Positions 19,815 through 29,327 are shown, numbered from the stretch's first letter. The stretch: DNA of 55,027 nt from an uncultured Candidatus Sumerlaeota bacterium (GCA_964618855.1 CAZUCD010000001.1:1-55027), one strand, 5' to 3'. The notes: generated from the letters alone by a model not told the origin. Translations and numbers: made by a program.

Positions 19815-22238
19815 TCAGTTGTCCCCGCCCGGTGTGTCCTCGTAGGACGCGACCACCGGGATGGGCAGGTCCTCTGGGTGCAGCTCCCCGGGCGCTGGCG
19901 GCGAGGACGCGGATGACTCGGCCTCCGCAAGCGCGAGGCTCGTGGCGGGGGAGAGCGCCATGTCCGACTCGCGCATCACGAGCGCGCGCCCATCCTCCTG
20001 CGTGACGGCGACCCATCCCTCCGGCAGGGGCAGCGTGGCGGCGGCGCGCTGTTCCTCGCTCCTTGCGAGCCAAAGGTCACGCGCCAGGCTCGCCCAGATC
20101 GGGCCAGCCATCTTGCCGCCCGTGCAGCCCGGACCCATCGGAAGCGGGTCGTCGAAGCCGACCCAGACCACGATGGTCTCGAAGGGCGTGAACCCCGCGA
20201 ACCAGGCGTCGCGGTTGTCGTCGGTGGTGCCCGTCTTGCCGGCCACGAGCGGACGCAGCTCCTCCGGCAGCAACTCCCGGGCGGAGGAACCAGTGCCGAA
20301 CCGCATCACGTTGGCCATCATCTGTATCACGCGGGCAGCGGACTCAGGCGCCACGATTGGAACATCGAGCCGCCCATCAAAAACGGGCGTGTCGCGCCCC
20401 TCCGCGTTCCAGACCCCCGTCACCAGGTGGGGTCCCCGCCCGACGCCGGAGTTCGCAAGAATCTGGTAGGCACCCGCCACTTCGATGGGGGTCATCTCGG
20501 ACGAACCGAGAACCACCGGCCAGTACTTCGGAAGGTCCCAACCCTGGCGCCCAATGCGCTGGAACCGGCGCAGGTGCTCGAGCGATTCGGCGAGGCCGAC
20601 CGACCGCACGACGCGGAAGGTCGCAGCGTTGGCCGACTTCTCAAGCGCCCGCTGGACGGTCGTGTGGCCGAGGTACTTGTTCTCGTAGTTGCGCGGTGAG
20701 TATCCGTCCCCGAACCGGATGGGCGAGTCGCTCACCGGATGGTCCGGCCTCAGTCCGTGCTCCACGGCGATGGCAAAGAGCAGGGGCTTGAGCGTGGAAC
20801 CCGGCTGCCTGCGCGCCTGCCACGCGCGGTTGTAGGAACCGCTGTTGGCGCGGTCCCGGAACGAGCGCCCGCCCACGAGCGCCCGCACGAAGCCGCTGTG
20901 CGACTCGATCGCCACGACCGCCGCCTGCATGTGCGTGCGCGGCAACAGCTCCCCCTTGAAGAGCTTCCTGCCCGGATCTGCGGCGGTCACCACAAAGTCC
21001 ACGCCCGCGCCCTGCGCCAGCCCGGCCTCCTCCGTGAAGTAACGCGCCGCGCCACGAGGAATCGGCAGGTTTCCACGCCATCCCCCCGGGGTCTCAACCG
21101 TCACCGAGTCGGCGAACACTCGGCGCACGGACCCCATCCGCACACGCCCCTTCGCCGGGGCCTGGCGGTATTCCGGGGTGCCCTGCGCCTCGCGAAAGCG
21201 CTCCTGCCGCGCGAGGAAGAACTTTTCCTCCAGGTCCGGCATCCGCTCGGCGATGGCAGCCTCGGCGGCGGACTGCGCCCGCGCGTCGATCGTGGTCCGT
21301 AGCGAGAGGCCGGCGCGGTGAAGCTGCATCCCCGCCAGCACGGGATCGTCCGCGAGTTCCCTCTGCACCGCATCCACGAAGTATGCGGCAACCACGGACC
21401 CGGCAAGCGTCCCCGATGTGGGCTCCACGCGCGTGCCAAGCCCCTCGTCGTATTCCTCGTCGTCGATGTAGCCATACTCCCTCAGGCGTGAGAGCACCTG
21501 GTCCCGGCGCTTCTCGGCCAGCGCCGCATTGTTCAGCGGCGAGTACTTTTCGGGGAGTTGCGGCAGCCCGGCCAGCGTCGCAGCCTCGGCCAGGTTGAGC
21601 TGGGTTGCGGGCTTCCCAAAGAAGGTTCGCGCCGCGCTTTCAACCCCGTAGGCGCCGCTTCCGAGGTAAATCTGGTTCAGGTAGATCTCCAGAATCTGGT
21701 CCTTCGCGTAGTCGTGCTCCATCTGAAGGGCTACGAACATCTCCCGGACCTTGCGCGCGACGGACTTCTCCCTCCCCACGCGCGCTATCAGGTTGCGCGC
21801 AAGCTGCTGCGTGATCGTCGAGGCGCCCTGCGCCGCGGACCGGCGCGAGAGGTTCGTCACAAACGCGCGCACGATCCCCTTCGGATCGACGCCGATGTGA
21901 TCCCGGAAGTTGCGGTCCTCGATCGCCACGAACGCGTCCGGCACGTGCGCGGGGAGGTCCCGGATGTCCACGACGATCCGCTTCTGCTCGAAGAGCGTCG
22001 CGTAGGATTTCCCCGCCATGTCGTAGAGGATCGTCGCCTCGGGCGGATTGTAGGCCTCGAAGTCCTCGAGGGGTGGGGAGTGGTCGAGCCATCCCTTCAC
22101 CATCCCCAGCCCGGCCCCGCAGACCGCCGTTCCAAGCAGGAACACCGCTCCCCAGGCGAGGAGGATTGGACGCTCAAGGTGCGAAATGACCCTTCTCATG
22201 TGGCGAATCGGGCGTCGTCTGCGCGGGAGTCTCCGCAT
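19815..22238 (-). CDS. mrcA: Class A penicillin-binding protein (PBP1A-type glycosyltransferase/transpeptidase)
   Basis: GT51 motifs EDRNFRDHIGVD and GASTITQQLARN. Transpeptidase STLKP (..PGSTLKPLLF), a KTGTT box and an N-terminal TM segment. The start is ambiguous between GTG 22280, ATG 22238 and ATG 22199. Confidence 0.92.
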   Translation of the reverse strand: MRRLPRRRRPIRHMRRVISHLERPILLAWGAVFLLGTAVCGAGLGMVKGWLDHSPPLEDFEAYNPPEATILYDMAGKSYATLFEQKRIVVDIRDLPAHVPDAFVAIEDRNFRDHIGVDPKGIVRAFVTNLSRRSAAQGASTITQQLARNLIARVGREKSVARKVREMFVALQMEHDYAKDQILEIYLNQIYLGSGAYGVESAARTFFGKPATQLNLAEAATLAGLPQLPEKYSPLNNAALAEKRRDQVLSRLREYGYIDDEEYDEGLGTRVEPTSGTLAGSVVAAYFVDAVQRELADDPVLAGMQLHRAGLSLRTTIDARAQSAAEAAIAERMPDLEEKFFLARQERFREAQGTPEYRQAPAKGRVRMGSVRRVFADSVTVETPGGWRGNLPIPRGAARYFTEEAGLAQGAGVDFVVTAADPGRKLFKGELLPRTHMQAAVVAIESHSGFVRALVGGRSFRDRANSGSYNRAWQARRQPGSTLKPLLFAIAVEHGLRPDHPVSDSPIRFGDGYSPRNYENKYLGHTTVQRALEKSANAATFRVVRSVGLAESLEHLRRFQRIGRQGWDLPKYWPVVLGSSEMTPIEVAGAYQILANSGVGRGPHLVTGVWNAEGRDTPVFDGRLDVPIVAPESAARVIQMMANVMRFGTGSSARELLPEELRPLVAGKTGTTDDNRDAWFAGFTPFETIVVWVGFDDPLPMGPGCTGGKMAGPIWASLARDLWLARSEEQRAAATLPLPEGWVAVTQEDGRALVMRESDMALSPATSLALAEAESSASSPPAPGELHPEDLPIPVVASYEDTPGGDN

Positions 22239-22396
22239 CCGATCGGTTGGAATGCGGGCCAAATCTGGCCAATCGATCACCCCGACTCCCCGGACGGCGA
22301 TTCACAGCATCAAGCAAAACGTCGCTCGACGGTCCGGCACGCCCCGTGCATCGTCTGCGTACGAAGTCATTCCCACCCCTCCGCCAGGATTCCGCC

Positions 22397-23071
22397 ATGA
22401 AGGCTCGTGCGTTCACCCTGATCGAGTTGCTCATCGTGGTCGCCATCATCGCGATCCTGGCCGCGATTGCCGTCCCCAACTTCCTCGAGGCCCAGACCCG
22501 CGCCAAGGTCTCCCGCGCCAAGGCAGATTTGCGCTCCCTCGGCGTCGCCATCGAGGCCTACGCCGTGGACAACAACCGGTACAGCTACACGGAATCGAAC
22601 GGCGCATCGATCTGGATGCCCGCCGGCGGCCGCCCGCGCATCAATCCATCAAACCACCAGATTGGCGGCCTCACCTCTCCCATCGCCTACATTACCACCG
22701 TCCCGGCCGATCCCTTCCGGCATGGCGTGGAGAACGAAGCAGTCGATGCGCCCGTTTACATGGAGAAGGCCGGGTACGGGTACCTCAACGGCGCCCTTGT
22801 CCAACGCCTCTCCTTCGTCCCCGACGACGCGATCGGCACCCAGAAGCTCGATGGCGCCGGACCCGACGTCCAGACCTCCGACCCGTCACAGACCCCCCGC
22901 GCCTACGTGACGTACAGCCTCGGGCCCGACCTCGACCCGCATGTGCGCACAAACACCGGCGCCTTCGTGACCCGCTCGCGCTACCACATCCTCAACCGCT
23001 ACGACCCGACCAACGGCTCCGTCAGCCCCGGCAACGTGATTCGGTTCGCCGATGGAAACTGCTTCCCCTGA
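22397..23071 (+). CDS. Prepilin-type N-terminal methylation-domain protein (GspG-like pseudopilin), paralogue 1
   Basis: MKARA|FTLIELLIVVAIIAILAAIAVPNFLEAQTRAKVSRAKADLRSL is a class-III signal plus GspG-like helix. ATG at 22397 was verified. The ORF upstream of it is non-homologous. Confidence 0.9.
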   Translation: MKARAFTLIELLIVVAIIAILAAIAVPNFLEAQTRAKVSRAKADLRSLGVAIEAYAVDNNRYSYTESNGASIWMPAGGRPRINPSNHQIGGLTSPIAYITTVPADPFRHGVENEAVDAPVYMEKAGYGYLNGALVQRLSFVPDDAIGTQKLDGAGPDVQTSDPSQTPRAYVTYSLGPDLDPHVRTNTGAFVTRSRYHILNRYDPTNGSVSPGNVIRFADGNCFP

Positions 23072-23114
23072 GCGGGAGTCCGCCCGACCCACGTTGCACC
23101 GACGCAACACCAGC

Positions 23115-23157
23115 CACCCCCCGAAGGTCCGCCGAGAGCGGCGATCTTCGGGGGGTG
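23115..23157 (+). terminator. Extended GC-rich stem-loop between the two pseudopilin paralogues (terminator or attenuator)
   Basis: CACCCCCCGAAG (23115-23126) pairs perfectly with CTTCGGGGGGTG (23146-23157). An inner CGCCG-agag-CGGCG helix sits inside the loop. The downstream sequence is gtatcatttcc. Confidence 0.5.
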
Positions 23158-23255
23158 TATCATTTCCGGGGGTTTTCCTGACTCGAGGCTGCTAGCCCCA
23201 TTCTTGCGTCGGGACTTGCAGCAGATGTGGCAACTGCACGTGGGAGCTCGTGCCA

Positions 23256-23906
23256 ATGATCCGCAGCCGCGCGCTCACCCTGATCGAGCTGATTCTGGTC
23301 GTCGCGATCCTGACGATTCTGGCAGTGATGGCTGGCCCGTCGATCAGCGACGCTTTCACGCGCACCCGGGTCAGCCGCGCCAGCGCCGACCTGCGGACTG
23401 TCTCCCTCGCCGTCGAGTTGTACACGATCGACAACGGGACCTTTCCCATGCCTTCGGTGGAGCGCGTCCTGGGTGACGCGCGCGCCCCCATGACCGAGTG
23501 GACGCCCATCGCCCGCGGGCTCACGACGCCCATCGCCTACCTCACTTCGAACCCACCCGATCCCTTTGCGGACCCGGCGCGGCCCCATGCGCCGATTCAG
23601 TTCGAGCGCGCGGGCCGCGTCGCCGTCGAGGGCGTCGAGTGCATCCTCTGCATTCCCGTGCCCGCCGACACGGTCGGCACGACGAGCCTCACCGGCACGG
23701 CATGGCCTGTTTGGGCATGCAGCGAGTTCCTGACGCCCCGCCCGTGGGTGGCATACAGCATCGGCCCGGACGGCGCGCGCGGCATGTCGTTCGGGGATTG
23801 GTCCCGGGATTCGCGCTACCACATCGACGACCGATACGATCCCACCAATGGAGTGAAGAGTCCCGGCAACATCCTCAGGTTTTCCGGCGGCGAGGTGTTC
23901 CCGTGA
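23256..23906 (+). CDS. Prepilin-type N-terminal methylation-domain protein (GspG-like pseudopilin), paralogue 2
   Basis: MIRSRA|LTLIELILVVAILTILAV...RVSRASADLRTV. It shares the C-terminal block SRYHI..RYDPTNG..SPGN..RF..G..FP with paralogue 1. The ATG at 23256 is preferred over the GTG at 23250. Confidence 0.9.
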   Translation: MIRSRALTLIELILVVAILTILAVMAGPSISDAFTRTRVSRASADLRTVSLAVELYTIDNGTFPMPSVERVLGDARAPMTEWTPIARGLTTPIAYLTSNPPDPFADPARPHAPIQFERAGRVAVEGVECILCIPVPADTVGTTSLTGTAWPVWACSEFLTPRPWVAYSIGPDGARGMSFGDWSRDSRYHIDDRYDPTNGVKSPGNILRFSGGEVFP

Positions 23907-24654
23907 GGTCCCGCGGCGTGGCGAGCCACCCCCGGCGCTCGGCCTCGGGGAATCTCTCGATGGCGTAGCGCAGCATCGTCCTCGGCATCCTCGGCGCGTG
24001 CTGGCGGAGGAAATCCCGCAGGACGGCGGTGTCGCGCTTGCCGACCTCGCGCAGCATCCACCCGCAGGCCTTGTGCATCAGGTCCTCGTCATCCCCGAGG
24101 AGCATCGCGCACAGCTCCACCGTGTCATCGAATTCCCCGGCGCGGATGAAGTGCAGGGTCGCCACGACAGCAATCCGCCGCTCCCACAGGCTTCGCGAGC
24201 GGGCCAGCCTTCGCAGCGTGGCCCGGCTCCGACGCTCCAGCCACGGTCCGAGGATAAGGTGCGCCGAGGCGTCCACCAGGTCCCAGTTGTTGATGCGATG
24301 GGTCGCGGCCAGATAGCGCCGCGCGACCTCCTCCCTTGTCGCCGCGTCACCCCGCCGAAAGTGCTCCGCCATCATGAACAGGGCGAGAAGCCGCTCCTCG
24401 TGCCACTCCGACTCGAGTAAATCGAAGGACACCCCAACGGGGGCGGATCGGAACTCGCGCGCCACGCCACGAGTAACGGGCACCGTCAATCCAAGGAACC
24501 TGTCCCCCTCGCCGTATCCCCCGGGACCGGTGCGGAAGAACCAGTGGAGCGCCTCCGCCCGGCGCGGGTTCGCGAGGGAGCGCATGCGAGCCCGCGCCGC
24601 ATCAAGCAACGGCCCGGTAGCCGGGACCTCAGGATTCCGGGTTCGTCGCGCCAT
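23875..24654 (-). CDS. DNA alkylation repair protein (AlkD-like HEAT-repeat family)
   Basis: Family-typical blocks are present: FFRTGPGGYGEGDRFLG, NNWDLVDASA, SRSLWERRIAVVATLHFI, CGWMLREVGKRD. Its 3' end overlaps the convergent pseudopilin gene by 32 nt. Confidence 0.87.
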   Translation of the reverse strand: MARRTRNPEVPATGPLLDAARARMRSLANPRRAEALHWFFRTGPGGYGEGDRFLGLTVPVTRGVAREFRSAPVGVSFDLLESEWHEERLLALFMMAEHFRRGDAATREEVARRYLAATHRINNWDLVDASAHLILGPWLERRSRATLRRLARSRSLWERRIAVVATLHFIRAGEFDDTVELCAMLLGDDEDLMHKACGWMLREVGKRDTAVLRDFLRQHAPRMPRTMLRYAIERFPEAERRGWLATPRDLTGTPRRRKT

Positions 24655-26068
24655 CGGGATTCCTGCCCTCAACCCCGGCGACGGACTTTCCGCCCTTCCT
24701 GCCGGAGGGGGCCGTCTCCTTCATCCAGCCGTCGAGCATTGCGACGATCTCCGAGGCGAACTCGGACGGGGCCGATGGGTCGGCCATCGCCGCCATGGAA
24801 TCCATGGCGGTGGCCGCGCGCCTCAATCCATGGTCCGCGCCCTCCAGGACCGCCAGCTTCGCGGTTCCCGGCCTCCATGAGTTGACCGCATCGACTATCG
24901 CCTCGTGGTCCCGCTTGGACGTGACAAACTCCGACCCGCCCCAAACCGCCAGCACGGGGGTCTCGGCCTTCTGCCAGTAGGACAGGATCTCCAGGTCCTC
25001 CATCTGCTGCCAGAACTTCTCCTGCCGCCCGAAGATCTGGTCCCCCTGGGTGAACGAGTTGGTCGTGAACTCCGCCAGATCCGGGTACTTCGCGCGCATC
25101 TCGGAAAGCGGCAGGTCCAGCTCGAAGAACAGGGAGTGGAACCGCATCGACTGCTTGATGACCCGTTCCAGCTCGGCATGGTCCGTGCCCTCCATCGAGA
25201 CCTGACGCCGCGTGTTTTCGATCAAGTACTCCTGCCAGGGCAGGCCGCTGGTGCCGTAAACCGCAATGCCCGCCACGTCCACCTCGCTGGCGAGGACCGG
25301 CGCCGTGACTCCCCCCATGCTGTGTCCGAAGAGGAAGACCCGCCCCTTGTCCACCCACGGCTTCGTCATCGTATCCGCAAGCCCGCGCCGAAAGGACTCC
25401 ACTTCCAGGTCCCAGTCGATCGTGCCGCAGGGCGGACCAGAGCTGTCCCCGACGCCGGGCTTCTCGATCCGCACGACGGCGTAGCCGAGTTCCGCGAGTC
25501 CGTTTGCCAGGTCACGCGACTCGTGGACCGGCGCCATGGCCGTCTCGATCGAGCCGCAGTGCACACCCTGGATCATGTAGACCGTCGGGAACGGCCCGTC
25601 CCCCTTTGGCTTCGTCCAAACAGTGCGCACGCGAAAGTCGCCGACCTGCACGCTTCCGTAGGACACCTCGAACTTGTCCGATCTCTCCATCGGCTTCGCG
25701 CCCAGCTTCAGCGTGACCTCACGCTCGGCGCCGTCGCGCTTCAGCTTCAGCGGCATGGAGTCCCCGGCGGACATTTTCGCCAGGCGACCCAGCAGGTCCG
25801 AAGGCTTCGCCAGGAGCTCGGTCCCGCTCGCAATCACGATGTCCCCCGCCTCCAGTCCGGCACCCTCGGCGGATCCTCCCGGCAGCACCCTCTGCACGAG
25901 GACGCCATCCCCTTCGATCCCTGCCGATGCGGGCGGGGCGATCATGGCGCCGAGCCACCCCTTGCGGGCGAGTCCCCCCGGCTCCGGGGACTCCTGCGCG
26001 CAGACCCCCGCGCACAAAATCCCCGCCAGCGCCGCAGCGCCCGCCGACCTGCCGAATGTACCTGTCAT
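24629..26068 (-). CDS. Secreted PDZ-domain alpha/beta-hydrolase (serine hydrolase)
   Basis: Signal peptide, then a PDZ-like segment (GVLVQRVLPGGSAEGAGLEAGDIVIA) and the nucleophile elbow GHSMGG. ATG at 26068 was verified. Confidence 0.85.
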   Translation of the reverse strand: MTGTFGRSAGAAALAGILCAGVCAQESPEPGGLARKGWLGAMIAPPASAGIEGDGVLVQRVLPGGSAEGAGLEAGDIVIASGTELLAKPSDLLGRLAKMSAGDSMPLKLKRDGAEREVTLKLGAKPMERSDKFEVSYGSVQVGDFRVRTVWTKPKGDGPFPTVYMIQGVHCGSIETAMAPVHESRDLANGLAELGYAVVRIEKPGVGDSSGPPCGTIDWDLEVESFRRGLADTMTKPWVDKGRVFLFGHSMGGVTAPVLASEVDVAGIAVYGTSGLPWQEYLIENTRRQVSMEGTDHAELERVIKQSMRFHSLFFELDLPLSEMRAKYPDLAEFTTNSFTQGDQIFGRQEKFWQQMEDLEILSYWQKAETPVLAVWGGSEFVTSKRDHEAIVDAVNSWRPGTAKLAVLEGADHGLRRAATAMDSMAAMADPSAPSEFASEIVAMLDGWMKETAPSGRKGGKSVAGVEGRNPDGATNPES

Positions 26069-26154
26069 GAGTCCGAGCCCCCGTTGGGAGTGATCCGCGC
26101 GGCGACGTCCCCGTGTCCGCGCATGCTCTCCCTACGCGACCCGCGCCCGCACCT

Positions 26155-27039
26155 TCACTTGCGCTCCATCGACGTGTCGCCCGTCCGGGCGAACGACTGC
26201 TTCAGCGCGCCGAAGGGCGTGTCCACCTTCACGTTGCCGTCGAGCGCGTAGTCCGCCTTCCCGCCCGAAAGCATGTTGAAGGCCGCGAAGCCGAAATCGA
26301 GGGGCTTGATGTCGATAGGGATCACGACCTCCTGCTCTGTCCCCGCGCCGAAGTCCAGCTTTCTGTCCAGCGCCCCGTTGAGCACCTTCACCCCGTTCAG
26401 CTTCAGCCCGTAGTTCATGTCGGACAGGGAGGCTGCGAACTCGTTCAGATTCTTCACCTTCAGGCGCACCTCCCCCGAGGCACGGTCCAACGAAAGTTGT
26501 TTCCACTGCACGTCCCCGAGCGTCACGTCCGGGGGAGCGGGGACGGGAAAGAGCCCCTCGTGCTTCACCGGCAGTTCCAGCGACTCCTCCGTGTTGGGAA
26601 TCTTCACGGAGAACCCGAGGTCCGTCTTGTAGGGCACCACCTGCCCCGGCTTGATCGACGAGACCGCCGTCAGCAATTGGGCAAACCCCACGTCGACGGG
26701 GACCTTGAACGACTTCTTGCCGCCGGCGGGGATCGCCCCCTGGCTCGCGAGGTTGCCCTTGAAGAGGGGCTCGCCCGCCGTGTCGCCCACGTTGAGTCCA
26801 TAGCGGATGTTCGAGAGCGGCATCGCGACGGCGTAGGGATTCGTGACGTCCACGTCGAACTCGAGTGAAACGCCGTCCGCGCGCAGATCAGAGATGCGGG
26901 CGCCGGTCAGGTTGACCCCCGGCTTGTCCGCCTTGGCAAGCGCATCGCCCAGCAGCGAGTTGAGCTGCGCGCACGAAACGAGCGGCGCGGCTGCGCCCAG
27001 CAGCAGCGCGATGCGAAGGATGGTGGCGCGGATGTTCAA
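26155..27039 (-). CDS. LEA type-2 (LEA_2/WHy-like) lipoprotein with two tandem domains
   Basis: The lipobox LVSC follows a signal peptide. There are two repeats of the LEA_2 pattern (FDVDVTNPYAVAMPL..., VRLKVKNLNEFAASL...). The TTG start at 27039 is preceded by GAGGAGG. Confidence 0.8.
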   Translation of the reverse strand: MNIRATILRIALLLGAAAPLVSCAQLNSLLGDALAKADKPGVNLTGARISDLRADGVSLEFDVDVTNPYAVAMPLSNIRYGLNVGDTAGEPLFKGNLASQGAIPAGGKKSFKVPVDVGFAQLLTAVSSIKPGQVVPYKTDLGFSVKIPNTEESLELPVKHEGLFPVPAPPDVTLGDVQWKQLSLDRASGEVRLKVKNLNEFAASLSDMNYGLKLNGVKVLNGALDRKLDFGAGTEQEVVIPIDIKPLDFGFAAFNMLSGGKADYALDGNVKVDTPFGALKQSFARTGDTSMERK

Positions 27040-27074
27040 GGTGGCCTCCTCGGCGCGTCGATGTCCCTGCGGCT

Positions 27075-28673
27075 TCAGTGCCGGCTCCAGCCCTCAACCT
27101 GCGACGGGCCGTTGATCGTGAAGTTCATGTCGTTGTCGTCGGAGCCCGTGTTGGAGTCCCCATCGTGCGCCACGACCCGGATTCGCGCCTGTGTCGTCGG
27201 CAGGTTGTTCACCGTCCAGTTGTAAGTGCCCGTGTCGGGGGCTGCGGAGACGATGGTCGTCGGCCACGTGGCGCCCCCGTCGGTCGAAAGCAGGATGTCC
27301 ACGTTCTGCACACCCTTCACCGCATCCCCTGCGTAGTCGTCGTCGCTGCTCCACTCGATGGTCGTGTTCGTCCCTGCGGTGACTGTTCCGCCTGAGTTCA
27401 GGCTGCGGACGTATACGCCGGGGTTGGCTCCATTCCTATTCGCGGGGACGTTGCGGATGATGCAGTGCATCACGCCGGCGGAACCGACGATGCTCTGGCA
27501 GTTGAGCGGCACGATGGTCTTTCCCGGGCATGCCGTCTGCCACGCCGTCACCGCCGCCGCATTGTGTCCGGCGGCCACCACAGTCGCGTTTGTATAGCTT
27601 GGCACGAGCACCATGTTGTTGCACTGCACGACGTTCGTGTAGGTGTAGTGGACGCCGCTGAGGCTGCGCGCGGGCACCCGCACAACCGTGTAGCCATTGC
27701 CCGCCATCAGCGCTGCCGTCGTGTCGCAGATGACGTCCTGCGTGGAACCGACGTTGTTCGGCCAATCGCTGATGACCACCGTGTTGTCCGACACGGACGC
27801 CATCCACATGTCGAGGTGCTGCGTCGAGTCCACCGAGGTCGGGTAGGGATTCAGCAGCGTCATGTTCAGACCCTGGTAGGTCGCCCACACCGCGTTGATC
27901 TGGGCCTCGGTGAGCGTCGGGTTCTCATTTACTATCAGGCGGGTGGCATATCCCCTGCCCAGCGCGTCCAGCGCGAAGTTCCCGCCGCCGTGTACGAGGT
28001 CGATCGTGTAGTTCTTGTGCTTCTTCAACGTGGAGAACGCGACCGGGAAAGTTTCGTCGTTCGGTCGGGGGCGGTTGTAGTCGTGGTCGATGATGGCGCG
28101 CACGTCCCCCTCGTAGATGTAGCGTGGACCGTAATCGCACATCCAGATGCTGTCGTTCACCCGCACGACGAACTCGACCTTGCTCATGTCCACCCCGAAG
28201 GTTGTGAGGGCGGTGGTGGCGTTGTTCCGCACCGTCGTCGAATCGGCCTGGAGGTATACCTTTGCGTTCCCCGTCGTCGTGATCTCCCGGATCATCGACT
28301 GGACGAGGTACTGAAGGGTGGTCGTCCCCGGGTTCGTCACGGTGGAGAATCCCTCCCAAGCCATTACGATCCCTTCCGTCGGCTCATACTCCGCCGTGCA
28401 GTGCACGGGGCCGGTCGGGGGGGCGGAGGCGCGGGGAGTCGCCGGCAACGCGCCGATCTGCGATTCTACCCAGGCCCGCTCCCACTCGGTCTCGTGCCGG
28501 GGGAGCATCATCCCCTCGGGGAAGAGCGGCGAGCCATCGAGGGCCGTGTAGGTCGGCGGGAGCGTCGGCTCCTCGGCGAAGGTCAAGCCGGCGGCGGCAA
28601 CGCAAAGCGTCGCCACCATGAAGAATCGAAGGCGGGGCATTCGGAGGGACCTGCGGTGAGGGGATGACGACAT
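27075..28673 (-). CDS. Secreted guanidino-group-modifying enzyme of the agmatine / Porphyromonas-type peptidyl-arginine deiminase family, with a C-terminal beta-sandwich domain
   Basis: Signal MPRLRFFMVATLCVAAAGLTFA. The family blocks appear in order: NDSIWMCDYGPRYI, VHGGGNFALDALGRGY, NENPTL, STQHLDMWM, YTYTNVVQCNNMVLVPSY, and the catalytic-Cys block SAGVMHCI. About 125 aa of Ig-like tail follow. Start is ATG 28673 or 28640. Confidence 0.78.
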   Translation of the reverse strand: MSSSPHRRSLRMPRLRFFMVATLCVAAAGLTFAEEPTLPPTYTALDGSPLFPEGMMLPRHETEWERAWVESQIGALPATPRASAPPTGPVHCTAEYEPTEGIVMAWEGFSTVTNPGTTTLQYLVQSMIREITTTGNAKVYLQADSTTVRNNATTALTTFGVDMSKVEFVVRVNDSIWMCDYGPRYIYEGDVRAIIDHDYNRPRPNDETFPVAFSTLKKHKNYTIDLVHGGGNFALDALGRGYATRLIVNENPTLTEAQINAVWATYQGLNMTLLNPYPTSVDSTQHLDMWMASVSDNTVVISDWPNNVGSTQDVICDTTAALMAGNGYTVVRVPARSLSGVHYTYTNVVQCNNMVLVPSYTNATVVAAGHNAAAVTAWQTACPGKTIVPLNCQSIVGSAGVMHCIIRNVPANRNGANPGVYVRSLNSGGTVTAGTNTTIEWSSDDDYAGDAVKGVQNVDILLSTDGGATWPTTIVSAAPDTGTYNWTVNNLPTTQARIRVVAHDGDSNTGSDDNDMNFTINGPSQVEGWSRH

Positions 28674-28749
28674 CGCGGGACTTCTAGCCCGGGTCCCCCC
28701 CGACGGGCAAAAGGAATCCGGGAAGCTGGCGCACCCGGCACGCACGCGG

Positions 28750-29325
28750 CTAGCGCCGCCGCCTCCTGCGCGCCGCCATGGCGAGGAGGGCCTTGCGCGG
28801 GTCATCACAGGCTGCTTTCTCCGCATCGGCGGCGGCCCCCAGGCGCGCGCCGCCGCGCTCCTTGAACGCAGCGCAAAGGGCCACCGCCAGCGCGTCCGAC
28901 TCATGGTCGCTGCGGGGTTCGACCTTCAGGCCCAGGTGAACGCAGACGAGCCTGCGCAACTGGTCCTTGCCTGCTCGCCCGCTACCCGCCACGGCGAGCT
29001 TGATCTCGCGCGGCGCGAAGGACCGGATCTCGATCCCCGAGTTCGCCGCCGCGACGAGGGCCGCGCCGCGCCCGTGCGCCATCGCCACGGCGGAGCGCAC
29101 GTTCCGCGCGAAGAAGATGTCCTCGATCCCCAGGAGTGTCGGTCGGAACTCGGCGATGGCACCTGCCACGAGCTCATGGATGCGAATGAGCCGCGCGGGG
29201 AGCGGCTGGCCTGCCGACGTCACCGTGTGCCGCCACGCCAGCGCCCGCGGCCTGCCATCCCCGGCCACCTCGATCACTCCGATGCCCGTGCTTGCAAGTC
29301 CCGGGTCGATCCCGAGGACAACCAC
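28750..29325 (-). CDS. ruvC: Crossover junction endodeoxyribonuclease RuvC
   Basis: VVLGIDPGLASTGIGVI, LGIEDIFFARNVRSA and SDHESDALAVALC are the catalytic acidic blocks. The GTG start lies 2 nt after the upstream TAG stop. Confidence 0.93.
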   Translation of the reverse strand: MVVLGIDPGLASTGIGVIEVAGDGRPRALAWRHTVTSAGQPLPARLIRIHELVAGAIAEFRPTLLGIEDIFFARNVRSAVAMAHGRGAALVAAANSGIEIRSFAPREIKLAVAGSGRAGKDQLRRLVCVHLGLKVEPRSDHESDALAVALCAAFKERGGARLGAAADAEKAACDDPRKALLAMAARRRRRR

Positions 29326-29327
29326 CC

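Noticed and set aside
22900-23071. H-X9-DG C-terminal motif of planctomycete DUF1559-type pseudopilins.
   Set aside because: The spacing between the His of RYHI and the terminal (A/S)(D/G)G is much longer than 9 residues, so the proteins are not assigned to that family.
23875-23906. 32-nt convergent overlap of the pseudopilin 2 and AlkD-like 3' ends as a regulatory antisense arrangement.
   Set aside because: Short 3'-3' overlaps are common in compact genomes, and there is no further supporting signal.
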